The position numbers and the translations under genes are program-made. From Tubiluchus corallicola (taxonomy: Eukaryota; Animalia; Priapulida), in the NCBI GenBank assembly GCA_030141605.1, contig JAQGDQ010000083.1, positions 124,001 through 188,000 on the forward strand: 64,000 nt of DNA. Direction: 5' to 3'. The first letter of the stretch is position 1; each line of letters begins with the position of its first letter. Below, one piece after another: positions 1 through 10,445 of this stretch. Under the pieces are notes generated by a model, which saw only the letters and a program-made list of their open reading frames with translations, did not search any database and had not been told where the DNA came from.

Positions 1-125
1 TTAATTAAAATGTGTGATAGTCATACTTCATATACATTTTAAGCAGATTATATGGATACATCCATTTTATTCAAAGTAAGGTTATGAAAGCCATAACAAA
101 TATTTCATTTTGCTGAGTAAATAGT

Positions 126-209
126 CTATTAGTTTATAAATTATAGATTGGTAGAGTGAAGCCATTTCTATTAGTTTATAAATTATAGATTGGTAGAGTG
201 AAGCCATTT
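126..209. repeat. 42-bp tandem duplication
   Basis: TCTATTAGTTTATAAATTATAGATTGGTAGAGTGAAGCCATT occurs twice head-to-tail. Confidence 0.9.
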
Positions 210-1044
210 CTTGATTCCCACATTGTTTTAAGTAGACATTTAAAAGGCAATGAACTCAGTAATTGTTGCTGCTGCCTTTCCCACTGCTACTGTTCTACAG
301 TTATAAGTACTAGTATACTACTATTACATTGAACGCTCGCAGGTGCAGATAAAAAAACTAAAAAACAACATGTTAATGTTGGCCTAACAAACTTTGTGAC
401 AATAGGGTGGGCAAAGCATGTAGGAGGGGATTAATAATTATGATTCTCATGCCTAAGGCCGACAGTAAAAATACTTCTGTTTCCATCTAATCACCCGGGT
501 AATTTTATAATTGTTTTTGTATGTTCATATACTGACACACTCATGTAAAATAGTATTTTTTTAAATTTCAAATCTTCTTCTTCCCAGCTTTTCCCTATTA
601 AGTCTCACCGACTCATTCTTTTTAATTTCAAATGTAAAATGCAATAATTATTATTTCAGCGAGGATGCATCCATGTTTTTTGGGTTGCCAAACTCTCCAG
701 GGTTGCCATTTTGTATGATGCTGATTACTGTATTGGAGGCTAGAACGTATAATTTTTTCTGCCTAATCAGCATATTAATGGCTATTAACGCCCGAGTAGT
801 ACTGCCGCTTAGGCGTGATTATCAGATCATATATTTGTACTATACAAAAAAGAGACTACATGATAATTGATACTGTACGACAGTTTAGTAATGTGAAACA
901 AAAAGCTAAAAATCAAAGCGTGATAAATGTGCATTGAAAAAATTTAAAGCATTACTACTAACCAGTGGAAAGTAAACAAACTTCAATTTCAAATGAAATT
1001 GATATTCCACGATTCACATTCACAAAGCTTTAAAAAAAAATTTT

Positions 1045-1070
1045 CTTCCCTTCCTGCTGCCATCTTTTGA
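1045..1070 (+). promoter_or_regulatory. Possible core promoter/TSS region of gene A
   Basis: Pyrimidine tract with CTTCC (ETS core) and GCCATCTT (YY1-type motif, 1059-1066) just upstream of a strong donor GAG|GTAAGA at 1079/1080. Motif-based inference only. Confidence 0.3.
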
Positions 1071-1137
1071 GTTGATGAGGTAAGACAGAAACAATTTTTT
1101 TGTGGCTGGCTTAAGTTACACCGACGTGAACTCAGTG

Positions 1138-1296
1138 ATGAGGGCACCCTCAGAACCAGACTATACCTGCAACTGTTTTTGCTATTCTGGTCATTCCATG
1201 AGTAAGCTTCATCTAGAAACCATCCAAATCCTTGATGAGAGCAGAAGTCAGATAATGTGTTTGTACGAGCATCCACTCTGTCGTACAGAGTGGCAG
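1138..1296 (+). CDS. Upstream ORF (72-aa Cys/His-rich microprotein), exon 1
   Basis: ATG at 1138 opens 53 codons (MRAPSEPDYTCNCFCYSGHSMSKLHLETIQILDESRSQIMCLYEHPLCRTEWQ). Composition looks like a protein and GC is higher than in the flanks. Ends at donor CAG|GT (1296/1297), phase 0. Confidence 0.55.
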
Positions 1297-1517
1297 GTTT
1301 AAGTCAACTGTAAAATAGATAATGCGTTAGCACAACCCACCCTTTAGTTGATTCTTTGAATTGCCTTATTTCTCTCCGTAATGTAGTATTTTAATTCAAG
1401 TCATTGATTCGTCTTATAGGTTTGGTTGGCCATTTTGAAATGTTACATGCTTGCGTAGATTTTGTTAAGCTATCACAGTTGCACCATAATACATGTACAG
1501 TGTTTACGTAATTATAG

Positions 1518-1577
1518 GCAAGATGGTTGCTAAGAAGCGATCAGGAACAGACGACATTGTGGCACGCTTGGGAATAG
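1518..1577 (+). CDS. Upstream ORF exon 2 (ARWLLRSDQEQTTLWHAWE*), overlapping the gene A start in another frame
   Basis: Acceptor TTATAG|G at 1517/1518. Phase-0 continuation reads 19 codons to TAG at 1575-1577. Confidence 0.5.
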   Translation, partial: ARWLLRSDQEQTTLWHAWE

Positions 1578-1688
1578 ATTTATCAACTGGCAAACCAGAC
1601 GTTCTTACCGGAGGAACTGCAACTAGAGAGTCTCGGGACACGCCCGTCAAGCCCGCTGCGATAATGCCTCGGGAGGACCGCGTATCAC
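1523..1688 (+). CDS. Gene A coding exon 1 (uncharacterised 219-aa, probably nuclear, protein)
   Basis: Strong start context AAGATGG. Reads MVAKKRSGTDDIVARLGIDL...EDRVS. Donor C|GTAAGC at 1688/1689, phase 1. Confidence 0.85.
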
Positions 1689-2166
1689 GTAAGCTTGTCA
1701 ATTAATTTGAAGGATGTTGCCACCTCTAATTTTTGAAACACGAATACTAGACAAGTAAGGGGAAATTTCACATCATTATGTTTCATCAAATAAGAACTTT
1801 GTTTTCAATAGTGAGCGTAGCTTATCCATCTAGAAAGCTGTCTTGGCTGATGAGATTGCTTGTGTGGTTGACTTAGTCAGTCTTAAGGAAGTACTTTGAC
1901 TAAATGCAAGCAAAAGCTTTACATTTGTCGAAGTTCATTCATGGACTGGGCCATTGTAAACTGTAAATTTCTGTATTTAGCTTTCCAGTTTTTCGTAGAA
2001 TTCACTCGATTCCTAGACAAAACGTAGCTTATCTAAGAAGGTAAAAGAACCTTACTGGGAGTTCAAGATGCTTAGTGCAGCTTGATTTTTCCTATGACTT
2101 GGAGCATCATTTAACGTTTGCTGCATTGCATTGCATTGGTGATTGCAATTCTTACATTTATTTCAG

Positions 2167-2310
2167 AGCGTAAAAGTGCCAGGCCTGCTCGTTCTGTAAC
2201 TGATCCACTGCAGAGAATGTCTGAAATGGTTACAGGTGGCAGCACAGGTATTGGTAACTTGGCACCCACCATCATGAAGAAACGTGCATTTGATCATGCA
2301 GGTGGTGATG
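2167..2310 (+). CDS. Gene A coding exon 2
   Basis: Acceptor TTTCAG|, 144 nt, phase 1-1, donor G|GTAAGT. Encodes (Q)RKSARPARSVTDPLQRMSEMVTGG...KKRAFDHAGGD. Confidence 0.9.
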
Positions 2311-2399
2311 GTAAGTTTCCTTAGATTAGTTTCTTGGAATGTGATATTGAGTAGATCAGTCTGGTGCTTGAAATTAAAGTGGAATAACGAGCAGTTTTA

Positions 2400-2690
2400 A
2401 ATCCCAAAAAACTTGCCACACAAAGTTATAGCACTTTGCATCATGCTTAGTTGAAAAATGTATGTAAGTGGGAAAGAAAATTGTAGTGTTCTCGCCACCA
2501 ATTGGTAAAATGTCATTGGCTCACCCTTCAAGTTTGCACTTCTAACTCGCCAAAAAAAACTTATTTTTAATCTTTTTGACAAGTTTCAGCAATTTGTACC
2601 TTTGTTCAGTTAGTGAAATGTGCGCTACGAATGCTCTGATTATTTTTTCAACTTATTTTAAATGACCTGCCATTAAAATGGCTGTACCTG
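2400..2690 (-). mobile_element. Dispersed repeat family B fragment (intron of gene A)
   Basis: GTGCGCTACGAATGCTCTGATTAT...AAAATGGCTG is the reverse complement of segments near 46410-46510 and 51990-52085. Confidence 0.6.
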
Positions 2691-4720
2691 ATGGTCGTCG
2701 CGGGAGTTTTCAAGTTTTATCTAGCGATGCTGCTAATACAAGCTCTGTACGCAATAAGACAGCATGTAGGTGATACAAAATTTCAAGGTGATTTTTTTAG
2801 TTTTATGTAAGTAAAGTTTTTTGTCCTTTAAGTAAGTTTATTGTCTGATTAATCATTTTGACTAAAGTAAAATTAAAACGGCAAGGTTGGTACGATAAAC
2901 AGACGATAAAATAATTGTTTTGTTTTTTTAAAAATAAACATGTTTTCTATCTCTTGCGTACACAACCACAATTTTACATGGGACCAACACCATTCTATGG
3001 AGGAAGAAATACTGAGTCGAGAGAAAAAAATTCAAATTATTATCACACTAATTATCATCTGAATATTTTAAATAATTTATTGAATGAAAGTGTATTTATC
3101 AGAGTGCATGGTCATTACGTACAAAATGCCAAAAAGAAATATAAGTACAAATTGATACATAACATATTATAAAACAACATCAAACCCTGATGTATGCCAT
3201 AAACCCAACTATACATACACAAGTAACACTTTAACAAAATCAGGTAACAATAAAATGTATAAATATTAAATTCCGTAAATCCTTCCTATTTAGAAAACGT
3301 TTGCGTATTAAATTACAAACAACTAGTAATGTTTTTTGATTGCCACTTCCTGCCGAAAACAAGTGTCTGTCATCATTATTCATAGATGTAAAGGCAGGAC
3401 ATTTAAGCTTAAAATATCAGTGAAACTTTTTCTCCATTTTGTTTATCACATTGATTAGACTTATCCAGTAGCCAATTATTTATACCGATTATATTCTACA
3501 GATTATATTTATACCAATGGGCTATTTGCCAAGTTCGCCCTGTACTGCGCTCGTATTAAATTTATTGCTAACTCATAGAATAAATCTACAAAATTTTGTA
3601 TTTAAGCTCCCGGCTTCTATTATCGTAAGCAGCAGTTACATTGTTATTAAAGATTTCAGCTTAAAATGAGTGCCCCACCCCTCACTGCCATTAATACTGT
3701 ACTATTAGATAAATGAAGGGTTGTGTTTGGGATTAGCTCGTATTGAATTAACTTAGTGTTAAGATTTTGTAATTTTTTATTCCATTTAGCGTTCAGATCA
3801 TTTATCATCGATTAAAAATTGTTTTTATGCTTTATGTTCCCAAGTACTTATAAATTTTTTGCCTTCAAAGTAAAACCTACATTTTCAATAATTGTCCGAA
3901 ACTTGAACGATGAGATGTTCCTTAGGATGCTTTTGCGCTAGAACATGTCAACGATTTTGTCCAAACTCTGTCAAGCATTTATCAGATTCTGTTAAGTGAG
4001 CACTAATGGACAGAGGATAAAAGACTGACCTGAAGACAGATGGAAAACTGCAAATCAATGTACAACTATTAACCAGCCTCTTGTCGAAAACTTACATGTT
4101 CCTTCTTGGCTTGTCAATACATTGGCAATCGCTTATCAGTTTTTCTTAAGGACCATGAGAAGATGTAGTTGAGGTTTGACAAAAATAGCCAACCAATCCG
4201 CTGTATTTAATCAATAATTGAAAAAGACGGCAAAGAAACCTTATACGAGGTGACCATCATGTTGCTGAAAACTGAATATATTTGTTTCTGTATGACACGT
4301 TTCATTGCATTGTACCAAGTAGCAAAGAAATGCTAGATGATGATCTAGTCAGGGGTCAAGTGACGGTCATAATGAAAAATGCAATAGGTTACAGAGGAAA
4401 ATGACTGTTGCTCATTGTTACAGAATTTTCTTGTTTAAAGGGGAGTACGTACACTCAACGTAATTGTTAGTTGGATTGAATTGTGAATTGGATTATATTC
4501 AGTTGAACACAGTCGATAAAATGTTCGATTCTCGGCTTTACATTTTTACATTTCTTACATTTACAAGTTTAATTTCCCAAGTTATTTTAGTGATTGTCTG
4601 CAAACCATTGTCCAGTGTTGACAGTTATATTAAAGATGCTGTAAGCCTCTTATTAGGTACATGATATTGCAAATTAATGTCACATCGCCCATAACAGTCA
4701 TTGCTTTTTTGTTTTAATAG

Positions 4721-4949
4721 GTCATCCAGCAAAGCGTCCTGTGTTGGCTCCTAGTCCTCAGACTGGGCAAATTCTCCAGCGTCCCAGTGCCGTGTACGGT
4801 GCCCAGCGACTGCAGGCTATGATGGGAATGGGTGCACATGGATTCAACGGACGGGATAAAATCTCGATGAACCGCGCAGGAAAAAGACACTTACTGAACT
4901 GGGTTGAGGCTCCCGATGATGTCTACTTCCATGCTACTGATAATACTAG
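4721..4949 (+). CDS. Gene A coding exon 3
   Basis: Polypyrimidine tract plus TAG| acceptor, phase-compatible with exon 2. Encodes (G)HPAKRPVLAPSP...KRHLLNWVEAPDDVYFHATDNT. Donor AG|GTTTGT, phase 2. Confidence 0.9.
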
Positions 4950-5087
4950 GTTTGTTACATGGAATTTTTTTACCAGATTTCGTTGACATACTTGTGTTAT
5001 AAACAATAGAAATATTAAAATTTAAAAGCAGTAGATGTATATTCATCGCGTTTTGTATCCTATGCTCGAGCTGTTTCTTATTTTTAG

Positions 5088-5208
5088 GAAAGTTCGTAAA
5101 CAGTTGACTGGAATCGAACTGAGAAAGATCGCTCGCAAACCGTGGCGAAGAGTGAACGTGAAAACTCCCGGTTTTGGACGCTCGGATCAAGTCGTCATTC
5201 TCGACTAA
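5088..5208 (+). CDS. Gene A terminal coding exon
   Basis: Acceptor TTTTTAG| at 5087/5088. Phase-2 join gives RKVRKQLTGIELRKIARKPWRRVNVKTPGFGRSDQVVILD, stop TAA at 5206-5208. Total CDS 660 nt with no frame break. Confidence 0.88.
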
Positions 5209-6614
5209 TTTAAACCCATTACTTGTAATGCAAGCTTAGTCGTGGCTACACCACTTAACTCTTCCCTTTTCCATATAGCTATAGTTGTGTAAATAATTTT
5301 AATTTTAGCATTTTCTGCAAAGGTGATGGCACAGAGTGTCATATGCCAGGCTCTTATTCAAACCTGTTCTGTTATTGGGGATGACCACAATTTGTCTCAC
5401 AAATTGCTTGAAATGTGCAGTATTTAGGATAAGATCCGAGAAGCTTTCCAAACAATAGGGGGGTCATAGTCCATTTCTTGAAGAATAGTTCCTGTATAAG
5501 TTGATATTATAAAAAATTACTTTTAAGTCTGAAGCAATAGACTAGGGATATTTTCGTAACTTCTAAACAGATCTGTACTAAGAAATTAAGTTCCTAGAAA
5601 ACACTGTGTGCCACTAGTGAAATGTTGGTTACATCTGTATATAACCTTGAAGAATACTAATGATTTTTGGTTTAGATGACTTGATTTAAGCACAGTTTTT
5701 GTATTACTGTTGCACATATGTTTTCTATGTGTCTTTATCAAGCACTCATATGGCCTGCATTTATGTTTGTGGTTGTATTTTAGGGGATACATGTTATTTG
5801 ATTTCATTGAAAATGCACACACAGGTCTAGGTTCAGGGTATCCTATTACGGATTACACTCAGTAATCAAATCAATATGGGGACCTATGTAATCTATTGCG
5901 TATGTAATATTGTCTGAAATTGTCTTCAGTCTTGCAAGGTGTATTTGATGTCTCAGTCATCTTTATTATCATGTCAGCACAATAATACACGTATTTTTGG
6001 TTGTCAGAAATGACGAATATTTTCAATTTGATTGTATTTATTTGAACGTATTTTGCTTTCCATTTCTTTCTACTGATGCTTTTACAAGCTATCTCTCTGC
6101 TGACTCGCAATAGTAAAATCTGTCTTTATTATATTATACATGTCATAGCATAATCAGAATTATATACATCAAGCCATATTATATTATACGTCATAGCATA
6201 ATCAGATTACTTACATAATCAGAATCAAGCCACGTCATCATGGTCCCAGAAAACATCATAAGCTTTTGTGGTTTTTCTAATGTTTCGTAAAGAGGAAACC
6301 CGTGTAGTTTATTCAGAAGCTTCTAATTAATTTGAGTTCTTAAGTGAACGTAACTGATTTTTTAGTAAGAGACAAATGACAATAATATGAGTTGAAGGCA
6401 AACTCAAAAAGACTAATGCTGAATATTTTGAAAAAACATGTTGATTTTCATGTGTCCGACATACCAATTAAATAATATATAAATTAAATCTGTACTTGTA
6501 TATTGTCTAAATTTGTCACTTTTTGCATTTTTGGAAAAATGTTGAAGTTTCAAACTGGTACATAATACATAAAAGTGTGAGAAATAAAGCTATGTCTGAG
6601 CACTAAATTCTTAA

Positions 6615-7222
6615 AGCAAAACTGGACCCAATCTTAAACTGTAGGTCAAAACAAACTACTCTTTAAAATATTCAAAGGAAACATACTTTTTTTCAAAAGT
6701 GACTTACGTGAAACAATTATTACCACCACACAAACACAATTTCGCTTTCGCGTCACTAGTTCCTTGCTGTTTGCCATTCGTAGTTGGATGGGCAGTAGCG
6801 TCTGTATTTCGGAAATACATTGTACAAAAACAGGTGCTGTACCTATCAGTTTACATGTGTTAGTTTGTGACAAACTACACACGTTAGACAGCTTATGTGT
6901 GAGCACAGAGGTGAATTTGAAATGTGAATTTTTATCTTAGAGCTTGCCTAATTTTAGTACAGCACACTGAAATCTTACAGTAGCACTGTACTTCAATTTT
7001 CGCTTTAACAAACTGTGCAACGTACTCATGGAAAGATTTTGTTGTTGAAAATTATTTTAGTTTGTGATGTCATGAATAGTTGTGCTCGTCTGCCGTTAAT
7101 TAAGTTTAAAATCTATTACTTGGTTATCAGAAACAATTTTCGCAGTATTAACTCTGTTAAAATGCATACTTTTTATCTGACCTGAAAATGGAGCAATATA
7201 TGAAGAATTATCCTGTTTTCCT
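6615..7222 (+). mobile_element. TTAA-flanked MITE family A (Kolobok-like), ~610 bp
   Basis: TTAA|AGCAAAACTGGA ... TCCTGTTTTCCT|TTAA. Imperfect TIR with TTAA on both sides. Internally similar to 37076-37679 and 48094-48670. Confidence 0.8.
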
Positions 7223-7369
7223 TTAACATTGGCCTGTAAATTAAAAACCTGATACATTAGCATTGGCTCTGAATTGCACATTAGAATTGATCATAAGACG
7301 TCCTCTTTTATACAAATAGTAAATTTTTTCCTTCCTATTGGCACCCTCATTGAACGCCTAGGCATTTAT

Positions 7370-7620
7370 TATTAGTAGTAGTAGTATTTTATTTCTCATT
7401 AAAATGATTCATTGTTTTTACAATAAAACTGAGTAAGCCTCAACATTATAGTCATAATGTTAAAATAATAACACTGTTTCACGACAAATGTGTCTAAATG
7501 CAAACAAAAAAGTATAAAACGATTATTTAATTATACGGAATATATCAGAGAATGTAATATCCAATAAGGACATTCACAAACATACAAACTTTTCATATTA
7601 AATTTCACATAACATTTGCA
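7370..7620 (-). mobile_element. LINE 3' UTR fragment
   Basis: Shares CATTAAAATG...TGAGTAA.CCTCA...TAATGTTAAAATAA.AACACTGTT..GACAAATG with the 3' UTR of the LINE at 41215-42140. Has AATAAA and a short repeat tail on the - strand. Confidence 0.6.
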
Positions 7621-9039
7621 TTATTTTATTGAAGGAAATTTGCTATGAAAATGTGAAGTGTACACAGACGGCTTGGTTCTGCATGTACAATGTTTAGAGT
7701 ATTTGCCACAGTGTGGCGCTGTATCTGATTACAGCTTCGTTGATTCAGCCAGAGGAGGTTTCAACATTCATTCGCTGAAGCCGGAAGCTAAGCATCTTCA
7801 CCTGAGCGCAACAGGTGCAATCAGCAGACGACGAAATGCTCACTGGCGAGTTAACAAAACAACAATACGACATAAGGTCCAGTTGATTAAAAGTGACCGC
7901 AGGGCGACGTTTTGTCAAAGATTGCTAGAACTTCATGCTTGTTGAAAATACGTTAATTTGGTAACCCTACCTTCATAGCTGTAAGCTGGCATTGCTGTCT
8001 AATGGTGGATGGGAAAAATTCTTGGCGGAAATGTTATAATTTTTTTACGGTAAGTGTTTTTAGTTTTACCAAACGACATACATCATGATACATGTGACTA
8101 ACTTTGTGGGAATTTATCTAAAATGTGTCTGGAATTATGTAAAATTATGCAGAATTGCGTGCTTGACTGTAGCGCGCAGTATTATACGATTTTTCTGTGG
8201 TGCGAAATGTCTATCTATACTACTGTTACGCAAGTCATTAATTTAAGTTACCTCCAGGAAGAGAAGACTCATAATATGTGATCATATCCTGTTCCAGGGA
8301 TATATTAATAACGATGCTGCATGCCATTGAATCGATGAAAGCTGCTCCACAATTATGAGTAAAAAGCGCAATAATATGTACATTCATAATATGACTTTTT
8401 GTTATTTGCTGCAGTGTTTATGCTATTAGAACAGGAGCAGCAAGTCGCTTTCAAAAAAGTGCAAAATTATTATCGTTTACCCGATTGACCTGTAATTTTA
8501 TTAAGCCATTCTGGAAATGGGAATTTAGGAAGTGGGCTCGTTTTTTAAAGAGCTGAGCTAACAGTTTATAGGCTGTAATTAATTCCTAAGTTAACTGCAC
8601 GTTAAAAATGTTGAAATAACATTACAGTTACCGCATCCTCAAAAAGTGGTGAAACTCGGACACAACCGATCATTTAAAGGACAAGAAAAGACCAGCTGCA
8701 TGTTGAGTATGAAATGTCTAGGTGGAAAAGTTATACCACATTTCCAAGATCTTATTTGTATGTAATGCTCACGTTTGCAGTTCAACACGAAAGTTCGGTG
8801 GAGATTTTAATTGCCGTGCAACGCTGAAACGCAGAATAGTTCGCCTTTAGATTGGCACGAAGCTTTTTTTGCGCTGTGAGCTATTCGAATAAAGATGCAG
8901 GGTAGCTATTGCTTACTTGCGTCACGTGACCTGTGATACTGCCGACTCACTGAATAAGACAAGGCAGCATGCTTTCTTTGATTTTGTTCACGGTATATAT
9001 TAATGATCTACTACATAAGCTAAAAAAGCAGATTAGAAT

Positions 9040-10190
9040 GTTACTTGCTAAACCAATTTGTCGGGGCGACTGGTTACGCGGACGACGTAACTCTCCTTGC
9101 TCCGTCTGTAAATGCTTCAAAAAAGATGATTAAAAGATGCAGGGAGTTTGCCACCGAAAATGATTCTATTCAGAAAATGAAAACATGCTAATGTAACTAA
9201 TATTGAAATTAATGGAAAAGTATTAAAATGGCACGATAGTGTTAATCACTTAGGGCGTATTGTCACCTATGATTTAAATCAATCACTGGATGTCATATAT
9301 TTCAAAAGTGGCTTTACAGCTGCTAATTCACTTTCATCCTTTTTTAACTGTTACTTACCGGGTGGTGTAGCTCAATGGTAGCGTGCTCGCTTCTCACTCC
9401 GGAGGTCACGGGTTCAACTCCCGACCGAGTCATACCAAATACTTGAAAATGGTACCGCTGGTTCTTCAACCAAGCACACGTACTTATCGTAGTACGTGGA
9501 CCACCTTGAACGGGTAATCGGGACCATCTTGAAAAGTATTGAGTTACTTAAGGTGATATCCCTGGACTATGTCCTAAACGAAATTATTATTATTACTAAT
9601 AACTAATAAATCTGCTTTAATGAAATTGTTATCTTCATATTTTTTGCTATACATTTTTCTATGGTAGCTCAATATTTGAGTTAACAGACAATAACGATCC
9701 ATTAGCAATGGAATATAGAAAAATTTTACGCCGTGTTTTTCCAAGGAATTCTCATTGTAGTATGACAACATGCTTTGCAGACACGTATCCTCTTACAAAG
9801 ATAATTGTTAAACGTGCTCTGAATCTATCGAAATCAATTGATAACTCTAAAAATGAACTCTTGCGTGCATTGTCAGTCTTAAATACTCAGAATAGCTTAA
9901 CAACGTTGGGAAAGAATAAAATTTTTCTACGTTATTATGACAATAATTATGGTTGCAATGATCGGATTAGTAGTAGCACGTGAATTTTATTGAACGTTGA
10001 ACAACGAAATATTAATACCCGAATTTACGTACGATGAAATTGAAACTATGTATCTAACACTTTTGTTCAATTAATTAATTACTTTAGTAATTTACATTGC
10101 TACCATCATACTAACTTGTCAATGTATGGCATTATAATATGCAAATAAATGTATATATAGATGATATATAAATAATATATATATATATAG
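9040..10190 (+). mobile_element. 5'-truncated, decayed non-LTR retrotransposon (L2/CR1 group RT), interrupted by a SINE
   Basis: FVGATGYADDVTLLAPSVNASKKMIKRCREFATEND (YADD catalytic motif, ~9058-9165), then INGKVLKWHDSVNHLG. After the SINE it resumes with FYGSS...YRKILRRVFPRNSH and ends in AATAAA plus a (TA)n tail. Frameshifted. Confidence 0.85.
9358..9600 (+). mobile_element. tRNA-derived SINE with Meta-domain-like core
   Basis: A box TAGCTCAATGG (9368), B box GGTTCAACTCC (9411), core GAGTCATACCAAATACTTGAAAATGGTACC...AAGCAC, 3' end GTCCTAAACGAA plus (ATT)n tail. Confidence 0.85.
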
Positions 10191-10304
10191 CAGTTTTTGA
10201 GGTGAAAATTCTTTTCCCTTGAGCTAACTGGTCTGTGAATGAATATTATGACAGTACTTGTATTATACTAAAATATCTGAAATAGATCCATTATGAATTA
10301 CAAG

Positions 10305-10382
10305 TTATTATTATTATTACTACTGCTGCTGCTGCTGCTGCTGATGCTGCTACTGCTACTGCTACTGCTACTGCTACTGCTG

Positions 10383-10445
<63 letters not shown>
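10305..10445. repeat. Compound (TTA)/(CTG)/(CTA)n microsatellite
   Basis: Directly visible. Explains the poly-Leu ORF. Confidence 0.95.

Noticed and set aside
989-1063. Possible divergent gene start on the - strand (AAGATGGCAGCAGGA, MAAGREENFF...)
   Set aside because: Stops after 24 codons, and no supporting downstream exon was found in 1-990. The motif is equally explained as a YY1 site.
7658-7945. 95-aa ORF that is phase-compatible as a terminal exon of gene A (acceptor at 7734/7735)
   Set aside because: The exon at 5088-5208 has a much better acceptor, is closer and gives a more protein-like terminus. This ORF has no recognisable motif. An alternative last exon cannot be fully excluded.
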